Source: Octopus bimaculoides
Lineage: Eukaryota
Reading direction: 5' to 3'
DNA: 64,000 nt
NCBI RefSeq assembly: GCF_001194135.2
Contig: NC_068989.1
Span: 94,890,600 to 94,954,599, forward strand
Shown here: positions 25,341 to 38,400 of the stretch, piece after piece
How positions within the stretch are numbered: position 1 is the first letter of the stretch
How the letters are laid out: every line of letters begins with the position of its first letter
The notes under the pieces: generated by a model
The model's database searches: none
The model's input: the letters and a program-made list of their open reading frames with translations, nothing else
What the model was told of the DNA's origin: nothing
Made by a program: the position numbers and the translations under genes

Positions 25341-28300
25341 ACTGTGCCGTTCGAATTTTATTACTTTTCTACACAACTGACATTTATTAACGATTCAAAG
25401 AAACATCGAACGTATTTATTGTAAAACATTCTATTCGACCCTTTAACATCTTTCATATCTCAAACAACCAAGATTCAATACATTTTACTTTGTGGTGAAC
25501 CTAGTTTGATAATGTGTTTATTAGGTCCTCTAATGTATTGAATTTCATGAGGATATGTTCACCTTAGTATATTCAGAGGCATAAATTGAAACAAATTTAT
25601 TTCACATAATATTTCATATGTTTAAATTTCGAGTGCAAATTCCGCAATGGTTGTTTTTCTTTTCGATCTGTTCAGAGTCTATCACATAAATGTTTGTAAT
25701 AGACTGATCGATTGTATAAAATAAACAAACATTGAGTTGCTGTATTTACAAACAATCGACATCTAAAGGACAATGTACACTACCATTAATCTAATTTTAT
25801 GGTCTTGTCGAAGGTATTTTACATGTCGTAACAAGGGAGGGAGTCATCGATTCATATTGACAACTTTTACATTTTTCTTTCCATTTATATCATTTATATA
25901 TGAATTATTTCCTGTCGCTTTCTGAAATTTTTATAGCCAATATTAATTAATATTACACCTGGTAATATGAAAAAAAGTGTCTGCCCAAAAGATGTTTGAT
26001 TCAAATGGAAGATTTCCATAATTATTAATGCTTCAAATGAAGCTATATACAATGAGTGTATGAAAGAACACCTCTTATCAATAGGTTACAAGTGCTTTCG
26101 AATCAATATAGCCAAATTCACCTGCTTCTTGATAGCTTTCGTTATGTCCATTTTGCTATTGATTTAAGTTTTGTAGGAAAACATAGCCTTCCAGCTTGTA
26201 GCAGTTTTCACCATTCAGTGATAAATAGCTCAATAAAATAACAGCGTGAATATTTTAGAAGACTTTTATAAACATCGAGAGCTCTCATCCTCCTATGTGT
26301 TTTAAATCTTGCGGCTTATCACTTTGTCGTGGTTTGGAGAGTAACTTTCTTTGTTTGAGTATATTCAATGAAGCGAATATTTGATTTATTCATATATTTT
26401 TAATTTAGTCTCCGCGAGGTTTCTGTCGTACACTGCATTGTTATTAAGTGTGTCGTCTTCAGCCCTTTGATTGTGAAATACATAATGTTTGCTACTCGCA
26501 TTTTTCAATGAGTTAATAGAAATAAAATTATATCTTATCTATGAAAGCTTAAATTTCCGACAGCAATTCCATGAAGAAACTTGATAAACAATCAAAGAAC
26601 CTAAATGTGGAGAATCTAAAAGACATTGAAAAGCAAATGAATTGTGATAGAATGGAGCTAAAATAGAACCAAAGCTTATTGGCTTTTTGTCGATATAATT
26701 TTACTTAGATGACCAGTTATAACCTAACATGAAGTGTAACATTCGCATTTGCAAAGCAAGATCGGATATTTGAAAACCTACTTCCAATGTCCTTCTATAC
26801 TTTCTTACTTTGTTCGTCTGAATCATTCTCACAATAAAATGCATACTTTTAAATTAATTTATTTCTTAGAGCAAAATATAAATCCTCACTAAGATGGAGA
26901 TGAAGCTAGTTGCAGAATAAGACGAATGATTACATTACCCCGGTTTCGCTTGCGCGCGCAGGGCGAGGTTTGTGCTCTAAAATGGACTAAACTAAAGAAT
27001 GCCGATATCACTAACACGTTGTGGCAGTGGAGGGAGTGATACAGTTGTCAAGTACCGAAAGTGTTACGAACTCCACTCGAAAGCAGACGACGGCTGCAAT
27101 GCGTGATGCTTTGAAAATAAACAATAATATAAGTTTTTCAACTTACAGTCCTTTTCTAATGCAGGAAAGCTCATATTTAAATCAGTTAAATTCGGCATAA
27201 AGCTACTTCATTTGTGTAATTGATAAAACTGATTCAATCACTGCATGCTTACATAGCTGATTATTAAAGGTACTAAACTACAGCCGTTACTCGGAATCGT
27301 GAACGACGTAGTAACATGTGACATGCTCAGTATTTTGGGTAAGTCGTTCCTAAAAAGGAAGGACACAGTGCTCAATCGTAGATATATTCACGGCTGCAAC
27401 ACGTTTCATTAATCTTGAACGATGAACTCTGGCTCAGACTAAACAGCAACAACTGCAACAGCAACATCTACAATAGCTCGCCTACAACTGCACTACTTGA
27501 ATGTATGTAATGCAAACCAATGGGCGTTGAGAATTGAATGTCTTGGTTCTGGAATATTCACATCACTTATGACAGAATAAGAATTGTCGACTAGATGAAA
27601 GATCGATTATCCAACGCCATATGGACAATGATTGTTTGCTGCATTGAGGTTAATAGTCATTTATTTATTATTATTTTAATCTTGAAGATAATCTAAATTC
27701 CCTTGATAAATATATCATTATAATTCACAAGAGATTACATACCAAAAGCAAGTTATCAATCTCCATGCTCCATTAACAAAAATAAACATGCTTAGATAAT
27801 ATGATATTTGCTATAACATCTATATCATGCCATGATATTTATTATATCACGCTATGATATTTACTATAACATCCAGCCCTGAAATCGTTAACAACATTCT
27901 AGATTTCTTGCACTCATTACATGTTCTGGCTACATTAACTTATAACTGCTTTCACATACTTTCATTCTCTATTGTATTTTGCTCAAAGGATTCTTTCTTG
28001 TAATCGGCAATACTCTTTATATACATCTAATAGCACCAGTTCACAATAAGAATAAAGAATTTCGTTTCAACATTTTACTGTTGGTTTGAGAAAGGGTTAA
28101 TACTCTACTATTTTATATTTTGCAGCTAAAGTTCGCGTGCTGTTTTCCGAGAAGCACCTTCAATTGTTTTAATTATTTTCAGAATATTTGTCAAGTGTAC
28201 AATTTTGCGATCGCAGCTGCTGTTTAAGTTTCAGCCATTATGATGGCTTTATAATGCTTCCTGCTCTGTAGAATGACGCCTGAATTAAATAAAAGAACCA

Positions 28301-28420
28301 AAAAAAAAAGGAAGTGTCCCGAATTTATCCCGTAAAGGAAAATAAATGGCGAAATATCTGGTATTGACTTCGATCCGTAACTTGGCATGATTTATAAGTA
28401 CATGATAACACAGCAGCGTT

Positions 28421-28438
28421 TAGTAGTAGTAGTAGTAT

Positions 28439-28510
<72 letters not shown>

Positions 28511-28545
28511 CACCACCATCACCACCACCACCACCAGCAGTGGTT
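28421..28545. repeat. (TAG)n followed by (CAC)n
   Basis: Direct inspection. Confidence 0.95.
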
Positions 28546-28844
28546 TCTGCTGTGAGAGGATTTCCTTCAGCAGGCTTCGCTTGAGATGTATTTAATCTCC
28601 GTAGATAAATTAATAAACAGCGTTCAGCCAAGATGTCGATATTGAGACCTTATCTCAATATCTCACACCCTTATCGCAATATCGGAAAAACTGGAGTAGA
28701 CACTGGTCACTTTGGCTAGAGTTGTGCTCTTTTAATGATGCTTCTGTGGAAATTGAATTCCTACAACAGGATGGGTGAGTAATGAATGATTGATCACAAA
28801 TATAACGTTGTCTGTGTTAGTTGTCAGTCGTTGTAGTTGCTGAT

Positions 28845-28990
28845 GTTTAACCCCAGGTCAATACTGATTTAGTACACACATCGAAAGCGTTCCAGTCGCA
28901 ACCATCCTGTTTTTTTTTGTTTTTTTATTCAGACAACGTGTATATCTCATATTACGTTGTCTATTGTAGTCTTAGGTGAGCAGGCTAATA
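28845..28990. mobile_element. Dispersed repeat fragment (related inverted copy at ~50790-50885)
   Basis: GATGTTTAACCCCAGGTCA...CAGACAACGTGTATATCT..ATTACGTTGTC versus CATTGGATTATGTAGTCCTAGATATAT..ATGTCTGAAA...GGGCTGACCTG. Confidence 0.45.
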
Positions 28991-31084
28991 TTTAAAATAT
29001 ATTTAGTTGCTATTTCAAGTTAATCGATTAACCACGTAGCGTCTCTCATTTTGCTTCGCAATTACAGCACCTGAAATTTCCTTATGCTGAAATTGCATCG
29101 GTTAAAAGAACTTCAATATTATTGCTCCTACAACACAACTAAATCAGACTTGTTTTAATAGTAATGTTAATTGCTCTCATTTCGAGACAGTTTTATTCCC
29201 ACATCTAATTTAACAGTTACATAAATACGTCGGAGATTACATGCATTACTCGTACCAATATGACAGACAAATACACATGAGACTACATTAGTATTTATCT
29301 CCAATTGCAGAAGAATCTTGTTCTTCATCGTGTTAGAATTTACCTGGTTATACAGAGAAATAAGTTTATTTAATATTAATTGGTAATTCATCAGACTGGA
29401 ATAATGGAAATGCTTCCACTTAATGCAGTTTTTCAATACTTTTTACGGGGATTTATTTTTTGCATTACTGTCGTTAATAAAATTTTGTTAGCCATATCAT
29501 ATCACTACAAAATAAATATCCCCAACAAACGAATCACTAAGTTTGGGCTTTTATTTTAATAATCAGAAACTATTTCAACAACGAATAGATGTTCACCTAT
29601 GCTCGGCATTAAGTTGATTAGTTACCCAATACGTAATTACATGCCCGAAAGAGTATATGGTTCTACCTCAATAATTATCATCAGCACAGCAACAGTACCA
29701 CATTGATGCCGCTCAGACAAGAGTTTCAGAAAGGAATAAAGAACATTTATAATCTTAGATAATTTGTACAACTAAAACTGGAATCTTCCTCAGATTAAAA
29801 ATTTGCGATGTAAACATATTTTGGTGCAATGCTAACTCGAACCATTTGAATATTTTGTATGCAAAAACTACACCAACAATAGATTTAAAGATGAAAAAGC
29901 GAAAGTTACATAAAATTAGTTAAGAAAAATTCACATTTTAGAAAATATTGAATAATAATTTATGAGGTAAGAAATAGAATTAACAACCACACAATCATAA
30001 AATGCTTGAAACTTCAAATAAATCTTAAGCACCATTACTGAAGGACAAAAATATTTGAAATTCTAATATACATGAATCTAATACAGAAAGAAGAATTTCG
30101 TATTGTAACACTGCTTAAACAACGCTTTTTAAATTCTGGGGAATTCTAGAGACAAATGCTTTCAAAACAATCATTAACGTTTGTAAAGGCTTTTGGAATT
30201 ATTAGAAGAAAACAGTAGTTATTTCCTCTTCTAGACTCTGTGACCATCACGGAACTTTAAAAGCATAAAAAATATAGGGTGCAAGTATACTCATTCATAT
30301 GAAATTTGCTTGCAAATTGGAATCTAAAAGAAAGATAAAATGAAATCAGTCAGCTAATACTGATATGGATGTGAACTGAAATCGTGTCAATTCAAGTGCA
30401 TTTGCAGGTTGGAAATGAAACGTTAAACACTGTACAACAGGCCAACACATAACGCAGTGTGATAGCATAATTCCATTTGATTCGGGACTACTTTCAATTA
30501 GTCAGTCATAACAATTGATAAGCACAACTCCAAGAGCAACGGGAGCAGACTGCACTTACTTTAAGCATAAATTGACGCTGATACAGATATTTGATAAATC
30601 AGTCTTTTGAATTCCGAACCGGATCGGCGACAGGTCTCAGAAAAATATATGATTTTAATTGTAAATGCAAGTAACATAATATTGGAGATGAAAAATATTT
30701 AAATTGAAGTGGTAGGTTGTCAGATATTATACGATATAAGGCTAGAGTTATCAGGCATATTAAATGCTCATAATTAAATGTACATATATACATATATATA
30801 TGTGTGTGTGTATGTGAGAGAGAGTATAGTGTGTGTGTGTGGGGGGGGGGTAGCCTTCAACTGAATACCAACGCAGGAAGTTTGTTTGAATTAGTTTACT
30901 TTGAAAACGTTATAAGTGATGAAACCTTGATGAAACTGCAACAACTAGGATACATAATTGCATACGGTGTAGAGTGTAGTTGTTACAATTGGAACATATG
31001 TTGGTCATTGTTATATATGCTGTATTAAACTTTTTGAATGAAGATTTGGATGTGAATAAATATCCACTCTCCTCTTCGTTTTCA

Positions 31085-31140
<56 letters not shown>

Positions 31141-31639
31141 CACTAATAAGTATTATATATTATGTGTACGTTAATATACGTTGCTTATTATATCTTACTC
31201 AACGGGAATTATTAGAAAGTCGAATAATGCGATATTCGCCTTATGAGATCTTTTCATACAGACACACTGTGCTAAGAGCATAAACATGCATCCCTGGCAG
31301 ACCAGAACCGTCTGACATGAGTGCCGAACTGGCAGATCACATCATTTCAGTGCTCAGTGCTGTCTCAATGTCCCCTCGCCGCATACACACATATATATAT
31401 ATGTATATATATACATTGTATACAATCTAAATCTCACTCACATCGATATGTAGAATAAGAGTGACCTTTTAGTCAATTATGTCACAAATAACCAATAGGC
31501 TTAATAAAAAAATAAATATTAGTGACGGAGTTTTAATACCGAATCGCAGTTTGTATAATGTATTCGTGGATGTGTTATTAGATTGACGAGAACTGCGGTA
31601 TCCGGCTTGAGAGGCCCTCTTATATGATACTCTCAGCAC

Positions 31640-32170
31640 CACGCGCCAGTATGAACATTGCAGAGGCTGTAAAACGTGACATGGACAGACGCAACTGAGA
31701 CTACGAAGCCGTGGCCAGTAAAAAAGGACACAGAGGTTTTTCTGTTTGCGTCAGCATGCCGGAGTTCGGTCTTACATAACTGACGCAATTCAAACGGCTA
31801 AATGAAGCTGCTAGAGAAATGGTTAATCTGTAGCTGGAACGGCTCCCTGCTGGAAAACCATATGTGGCAGCAATATTTGGCTCCTTGTCATACTTCCGAT
31901 AGAAATCATACATGGGTGTTGGAGAATTTCTATGACTTCCACAGCCCCTATTTCTAGCCGCTTAATTGCTCCTATTGTAATTCCATCGGTTACTATGTGT
32001 AGTTTTTCAACTGAAACAGACTCCAACTGCTCTGCCTGCAATATCCAAGCCGTGCTGGTGGCCAAGATCAAGGAGGTGTTTGAAAATCTTCCCAAAACAC
32101 ATTGAGGAACACTAAGTTCCGGAGTTGTCTTGAGGGTGTGGTAGAAGCTGAGGGCGGCTACTTTTGGTAA
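31640..32170 (+). pseudogene. Internally deleted IS630/Tc1/mariner transposase fossil, maT (DD37D, Bmmar1-like)
   Basis: Across frameshifts and stops reads AGKPYV(W)QQYLAPCHTS...WVLENFYDFHSPYF*PLNCSYCNSIGYYV*...LVAKIKEVFENLP...FRSCLEGVVEAEGGYF, matching QQDSAPxH, WPPNSPDxNPxDYxVW and C-terminal xxxGGxF motifs. Confidence 0.75.
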
Positions 32171-33094
32171 CGATAATAATCGGGTTGATATCTCTAGATT
32201 TTTTTTTTTAATAATTTTATATTTGAATGGGACATTGTGTTTTCTCTGTACATATATACTAATACCTATTCTAATAAGCAGCTGGCCTTTTAGTGAATTT
32301 CGAGAAAATGAAAACAGATATTCGGCGGTTATTTTCAAATGAATTGAGAAAATATGAAACAATTTTAGCCTCATGACCAAATTATGTGAAAAGAGAAGAG
32401 AAAAAGTTAACTTTTTAAAATAAGTTTGGTTAACGTTTAGAGATTAGTATTTCGAACACTTCTCACATGGCGGCTCAGAGCATACAGAATTGAAACTCTT
32501 CGGAGATTCATTTTGATGTTTTCGAGTAAAACAATAGCAACCGCCAAAATTCTTTTGACAAATGAATTATCGGACTAATTTGCTTCTGTTCGTGACACAA
32601 AGCTTGGCAAGTCAATAACTAATCGCTCTCGGGAAAAATAACGAAAGTGTATGACTGCAAAAGAAGAAAATTGTTGAACAAAGCAATAAAATCGATGTGA
32701 ATATGGCAAACGTTAGTGTTCTTCTCATTATTCTTGATCATTGCATGTATCAAAAGTGTTGCAAGGTTATGACACCAACCCCACACCAAAACCAAACATA
32801 GTTTATAATGAACTTGTGTTCAACCCTCAACATTTTGGTGGCTTCATTTACCAATTTGTTCTTTAAATATACTAGGAAATTTCAGTCGGAATAACTGTTG
32901 TAAAATGTATGTAGCAATTACTAGACATCAAATAAAAAAATGTAATATAGTAATCAGGAATAAATATCATCAATGGATAGATCAAGCGTTTACAAGGTGC
33001 TAAGAATACACGGGAAGTAGTTATCATATCGTACTATGCATTCTATGACAATAACAAGAACAACAACAATAATACTAATAATAATAATGATGAT

Positions 33095-33497
33095 AAATGC
33101 CCTGATGCAGTACCAGGCACTGCCTCTCAAAACTTCTGATCTTAACTGATTGGAAGTGTTACCATGTACATTGTTTTGTCTTAGTATAAAGGATGGACTA
33201 TAGCAAATAGTCTGCTCAATACCACAGATTTGCTTGTCAGTTGTTTGACCTTAACCAGTTGAGCATGTCCCTTGGTGGCTGACGATATGTGCCTCTCTGA
33301 TCATGAGCAGGTACAACTCGCATTCTAAGAAGAGTATTGCCTCTTTGAGTCACAGGAGAAGGAAAGAATAACTGGTGATTAAGAACTATCTGAGAGTCTT
33401 TCGGAATAGAGAGTCATCAGTAGTCATGATAGATATATTGGGCTTTGTATATTTGTACCCCAGAGTCACTTTGATGGCATGCGCTGCTCTCTTACTC

Positions 33498-33546
<49 letters not shown>
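33095..33546 (+). mobile_element. Dispersed repeat family C / LINE 3' end with (AAT)n tail (33499-33546)
   Basis: Ends match 9804-10385 in reverse complement; middle differs and encodes GTTRILRRVLPL*. Confidence 0.7.
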
Positions 33547-33548
<2 letters not shown>

Positions 33549-33670
33549 CCTTTCTACTAAAGGCACAAGGTCTGAAATTTTGGAGTTGGGGACTAGACGA
33601 TTTTGTCGATCAACAGGTAGTTATTTTATCAGCTCTGAAAGGATGAAAGGCAAAGTCGACCTCGGCAAAC
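33547..33670 (-). mobile_element. SINE family A 3' half
   Basis: GAAAGGATGAAAGGCAAAGTCGACCTCGGC; CTTTCTACTAAAGGCACAAGG tail. Confidence 0.8.
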
Positions 33671-35209
33671 GGAGGAGGGCGATAAGGTTTTCTAATTTTG
33701 GGATAAATCCATCAAATTTGAGGCGGGGGAGTTAATAGCCCAACCATGTCGACATATATCTACTAGAGTCATCATTTTACTTTTTGCTTTCGGTTGGCTT
33801 AGTGTTCAGGTCCAGTCAGCACTGGAGCAACTCCAGATGGTACCATGGAATCCTATATCACTGACTCTTCAGATTATTTGTACAAATTTTACATTCTATT
33901 GGGTCGAAGGTATCGTAAAAACAAAAAGAATTATGAACTCACGAATGGGAAATATAAGAGTAAGTAAAATACATTATCTCGCGTGTCTTTTATTTATACC
34001 AGTTCACTAGCTTTGTTCTTCTCTTATGTTTCTTGTCACAAAAATTAAAGAATAAAATGCGACGTTCTGAATCAAGAAGTTGTCCGATAAATTGAAGTCA
34101 CCTTAGCGTTTCAGTCCATAGCCGTGTCGTTCCCTCACATCCTGTATCGCTGCTTTTAAAATATAGGATTTGTGTGCTTAATCAAAACAAAACAATATAT
34201 TTTAACGGGTAAAGGCATATCGCACGCAGAAAATCACAACATTCATTTGTTTTTTTGTTTTTGTTTTTTTTTATCTGAAAATCAAATATTTGTTTTCATG
34301 TCAAACATATTTATTTATAGGAAGTTCGCCGAACTTACACAGCTCGGAAAGACTAAGTCATAATAATAATAATAATAATAATAGTGAGAGAATAGCAATT
34401 TCCTCTGTTATCGGTTCGTTCCAATGTACGGTTCCAAAGATGATATTACATACTCGTTGATTTTATTGCATTTTTTGCCAAGCTTTTTAACTGATATCAT
34501 CACAGATTTTATTTTGATATGCAAATATATGCTAACAAATATCACGTTCTATTTTGTGCCCTACAGTTTCATATGTATTCCTATAAATAAATCATGTATA
34601 AGGCTTTTATTAGCTCGTGTTTATATTTGTATTACATACCATTAAAGGCAATAACAAAAAAGTCACGAGTTTCTCTGACATTTTACAAACGCACATTATA
34701 TTCCCCGATACAGAAAATGGAGTAGAAATATAATTGTCACATGTCTAGGTATGTGCGTGTTTAATGCAAATAAATATTTTCACGTGTGTGTTTGGAGGCG
34801 TGTGCCTTAATGTGTGTGTGTCAACGTTTAGAAATATATATGGGTGTGCTTTTGGAAGGCATTTGGAGAAGAAGTAGGGGGTGGTGGGTTCAAAAGTGAT
34901 GGATAACTATATCTGTGCGTGTGACTGTTCGCGAGTATCTAGAATGTTATATAACCGAAGAAATATATGTATATATGTGTGTGTGTGTGTATGTGTGTGT
35001 GTGTGTGTGTATGTGTGTGTGTGTGCAATTGGGTTTAGCTTTACAAATGCTAGAGGAACCCAAACGTAGAGCAAAATATATATAATTTTGTTAGTATCTG
35101 AGATTATTATAACAGGAGCAACGCAAAGGTGGTGGAGTTTAGTGCTGAAACACCTGTCAGACGGAAAAATCAAAATTCCCTGATTCCTGTACACAAATAC
35201 ACAAACTCT

Positions 35210-35460
35210 GACACACACACACACTCACACACACACACACACACACACGCACACACACACACACACACACACGCATACACACACTCACACACACACACAC
35301 ATTCCTCCCTCTTTCCAGATAGATATATATAAAACTATTATGTGTATAAGTGTGTGTGTGTGTGTGTGCATATATATACATACGTCATAAATGCATGCAC
35401 ATATACACACCTAATTATATCTTTATATGTATGTAGATGTGTGTGTGTGTGTGTGTGTGA
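35210..35460. repeat. (CA)n and (GT)n tracts
   Basis: Direct inspection. Confidence 0.85.
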
Positions 35461-38400
35461 TAATGTAGTTGGGTGTGTTTAAAATAAAGCTCAGAAACAC
35501 AATTTCGTGTCTTATATAAATATACAGGTGACATATAAATATAAAAGTAGCAAGTTTGTTTTAATACTATAAACATTTTTTCCTCCACCAACCACAGCCT
35601 GTGAGATTGCCAATAGCTTTCCCAGCACGCCTTCACTTAGTTAATAATGTTATCACGACTCTTGAAAGTCTGCAATCTTTTTGGCAACAATCGTATCTAT
35701 TTAACATCTGGGCAATTTGTACAAACCCAAATTGATGAATATATTTTTGTTTTTATTTTACTTTCGTATCCAAAATACTATTAGCATCTGTGAGTTTCTA
35801 TATTTAAACTCATTCACTGTTTGTAGTTTGGGGGTGGCTTACTTATATCGTACTACTTTTAGCAGCAGTGAGAAACACTTGGGAAAAAAGGTGCAGCGAT
35901 ATATTCTGTTAGAAAACAGACACTAGAAACGGTTTTACTTGCCATTAATAAAATAGACGGTCGTAGCTTGCTGTAGAAAAACAAAACTATGAATTACTTT
36001 TTCTATGCAATACAAAGAATTTTAAATTTTTTGGAAGAGACTTTAAAAGGAAGGAAGGTTAGTGAAAACAGTGAGAAGCAATTAACTGTATTTCTCGAGC
36101 AACTCACATCGTATTTCTTTGACTAACATTTGCAAATTAAAACACGAACATTCAGGTAGTCTCGTCCATCTTGTTTCTCCTCCTCTCATCATACTTGTCT
36201 GCAAACCCTCCAGGCCCCGCATTAATCACTATGTACAATCCTTGCTGCCCAGAATGTTGTCCCTTTTTGTTCTTATCTTTCCTACAAGTGTTGACTTATA
36301 ATGGTTCGAAGGAGACATTAATGGCATCAAACTCATTGGGTTAGCAAAGTCTGCGAAGAACATTGGCAGTGTCTTTTTTCCATACAAAGCAAATTTTTAA
36401 AAATCGGTCATAGCAAAGAAAGTATACCCTTTAAAAGCGTTAGTTGGCGCCGCAAGCTCGATTCGTGGTCGAGACATTCCATTCATTTTAGCAAACCTGT
36501 TAGAAATATGCCTGCTAGAATTATAAACACTCACACACATGCGCATATACTCTCTGTGAATGCAGAATGATAACAACTATATTGCTATCTTGGCTTTTAT
36601 CAAAGATATTCAATAGAATTTAGGTTACACAACCTCATCTGTCACACTTAGTAATTTTTAGAAACTCTGAAAAAACAGTAAAATTATTGAGTGTTAGTGC
36701 TACTCAATCTTTTCCCAATAACTTTAAGAATATTGAATCGTTGGTATCAAATAGGATGCCTTGCGGTATTTGATCCCTTTTGCATTAAGGTGATATACAA
36801 TTTTCTGTATCAAAAAGGACAACGGAGGGGTATTATTTCATGAAATTGGATGGAGTTCGTATTAGAAACATTTGAGTGACTACAAAAGTACAAAAAAAGA
36901 AAGAGCTGATACAATAAATTTTATGAATCAAACATCATTGATAGTTTTCCTATCGCTGGTTGGTGTGTTCACTTTCCTACACTGTCAGCATTTGTAGAGT
37001 TTGCTATATTTTTTTTATATCTGTTTTAAAAAATTATCATATTTGTTACATCTGAATGGTGGATAATGAAATGAAACTTAAAAGATAAGAAATGTTATGC
37101 TGTTATAAAAAAAATAGTGATAGTATTACAAAATTGAATTTAATAATTATATTTAAATGCGAGGGTTAAATGATAAGAAAAAAATATTGAGGTTATTAAG
37201 AATTTTAAATATTATATTAAAATTAAAATATTTAAATATGCGTGCAGTTAACATGAATAAAATCAGTGAATGTGATGTACAAAAGTTGGAGGAGGTCGAT
37301 GTAAAAATGAATGAGGAAACTAATGATGGGTAACTATACATATTTATGACTAGTTTCTGGATTGTATTTGAGCTATGTAACATTAAACTTACGAGTTCGT
37401 CTATATGGGAACATGTATTCATACATTTACGCTACTTTCACAATCTGTGCCATACTAAAGTATGCCTGTTTCATGAAACCATTCAGTCTTTTATGTGAGG
37501 GTAGGGTTATAAGAGTACAAGCATACGAGTGCTTGAGCATATACGTGCGTAGTGCGATTCAGGAATTTTCTAAGGAGGTTGTATGTAATTATTATGTTGA
37601 ATGGGTTGCAGTTGATATGTTGAGTAGAGCGAGTATTATTGGTCCCGCTAAACTGTAGGAATAAAGTATTTATGATTTTTGACATTTTACACTAAAAACA
37701 TGGAACGTCCTTAGTCTGTTGGTGATGCACCTCTTTACTGTATGCTATCGATTTTTCCAATAAAAGAAGTTTGTCTTTACTATCGTAAATATTCCAGAAC
37801 CTGTGGGTGTGCTGGTTATATCCGGCTTTGAACGGGTTTTAAGTAAGTTCTGTATATATTCCCGTTTATATTGATAGTTTTGCTTCTCTTTTATGTATTG
37901 TTTCTTTTTCAAGGCATTTGCAATCAAACAGGCAATTAATTGAGGCAATTGTATTTTCTGTTCAGTTGGGTGTACATAGATATGATTAGTTGATTTTTAT
38001 ATGGTTATTTTAGAAAACAAGTATTTGAGCAAAGCTGTATATGGTCGAGTATTAAATCTGAACCATATTCCTGAAGAGAAAATTTTAATTTAACGAGCTG
38101 GTGGAAAAGCTTGACTGGGGTGCAGAAAAACAATTAATTATAGTTGTTCCAACTTTATTAAGAGGGAATTGTAGCAAATTATATCATTTCTTCCTGTTGC
38201 CGTTACATATCTTTTTTAATAAGTTTCATACTATGAGCCACCATACAGATAAAGTACATATGCTAAAGAATTTTAAAATTTACAAACTCTGCAATGCTGA
38301 CAACGAAGGAAAGTTTAACAAAAGGATATAATTTAGAAGATATTATTGTACCACCCACTTCTATTCGTTTATTCGCTATTTTTTTTTATCATGTATTTTC

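Noticed and set aside
36108-36496. Minus-strand segment with AG acceptor and GTGAGT donor
   Set aside because: All frames contain stops and no homology is recognisable; splice-like motifs alone are insufficient.
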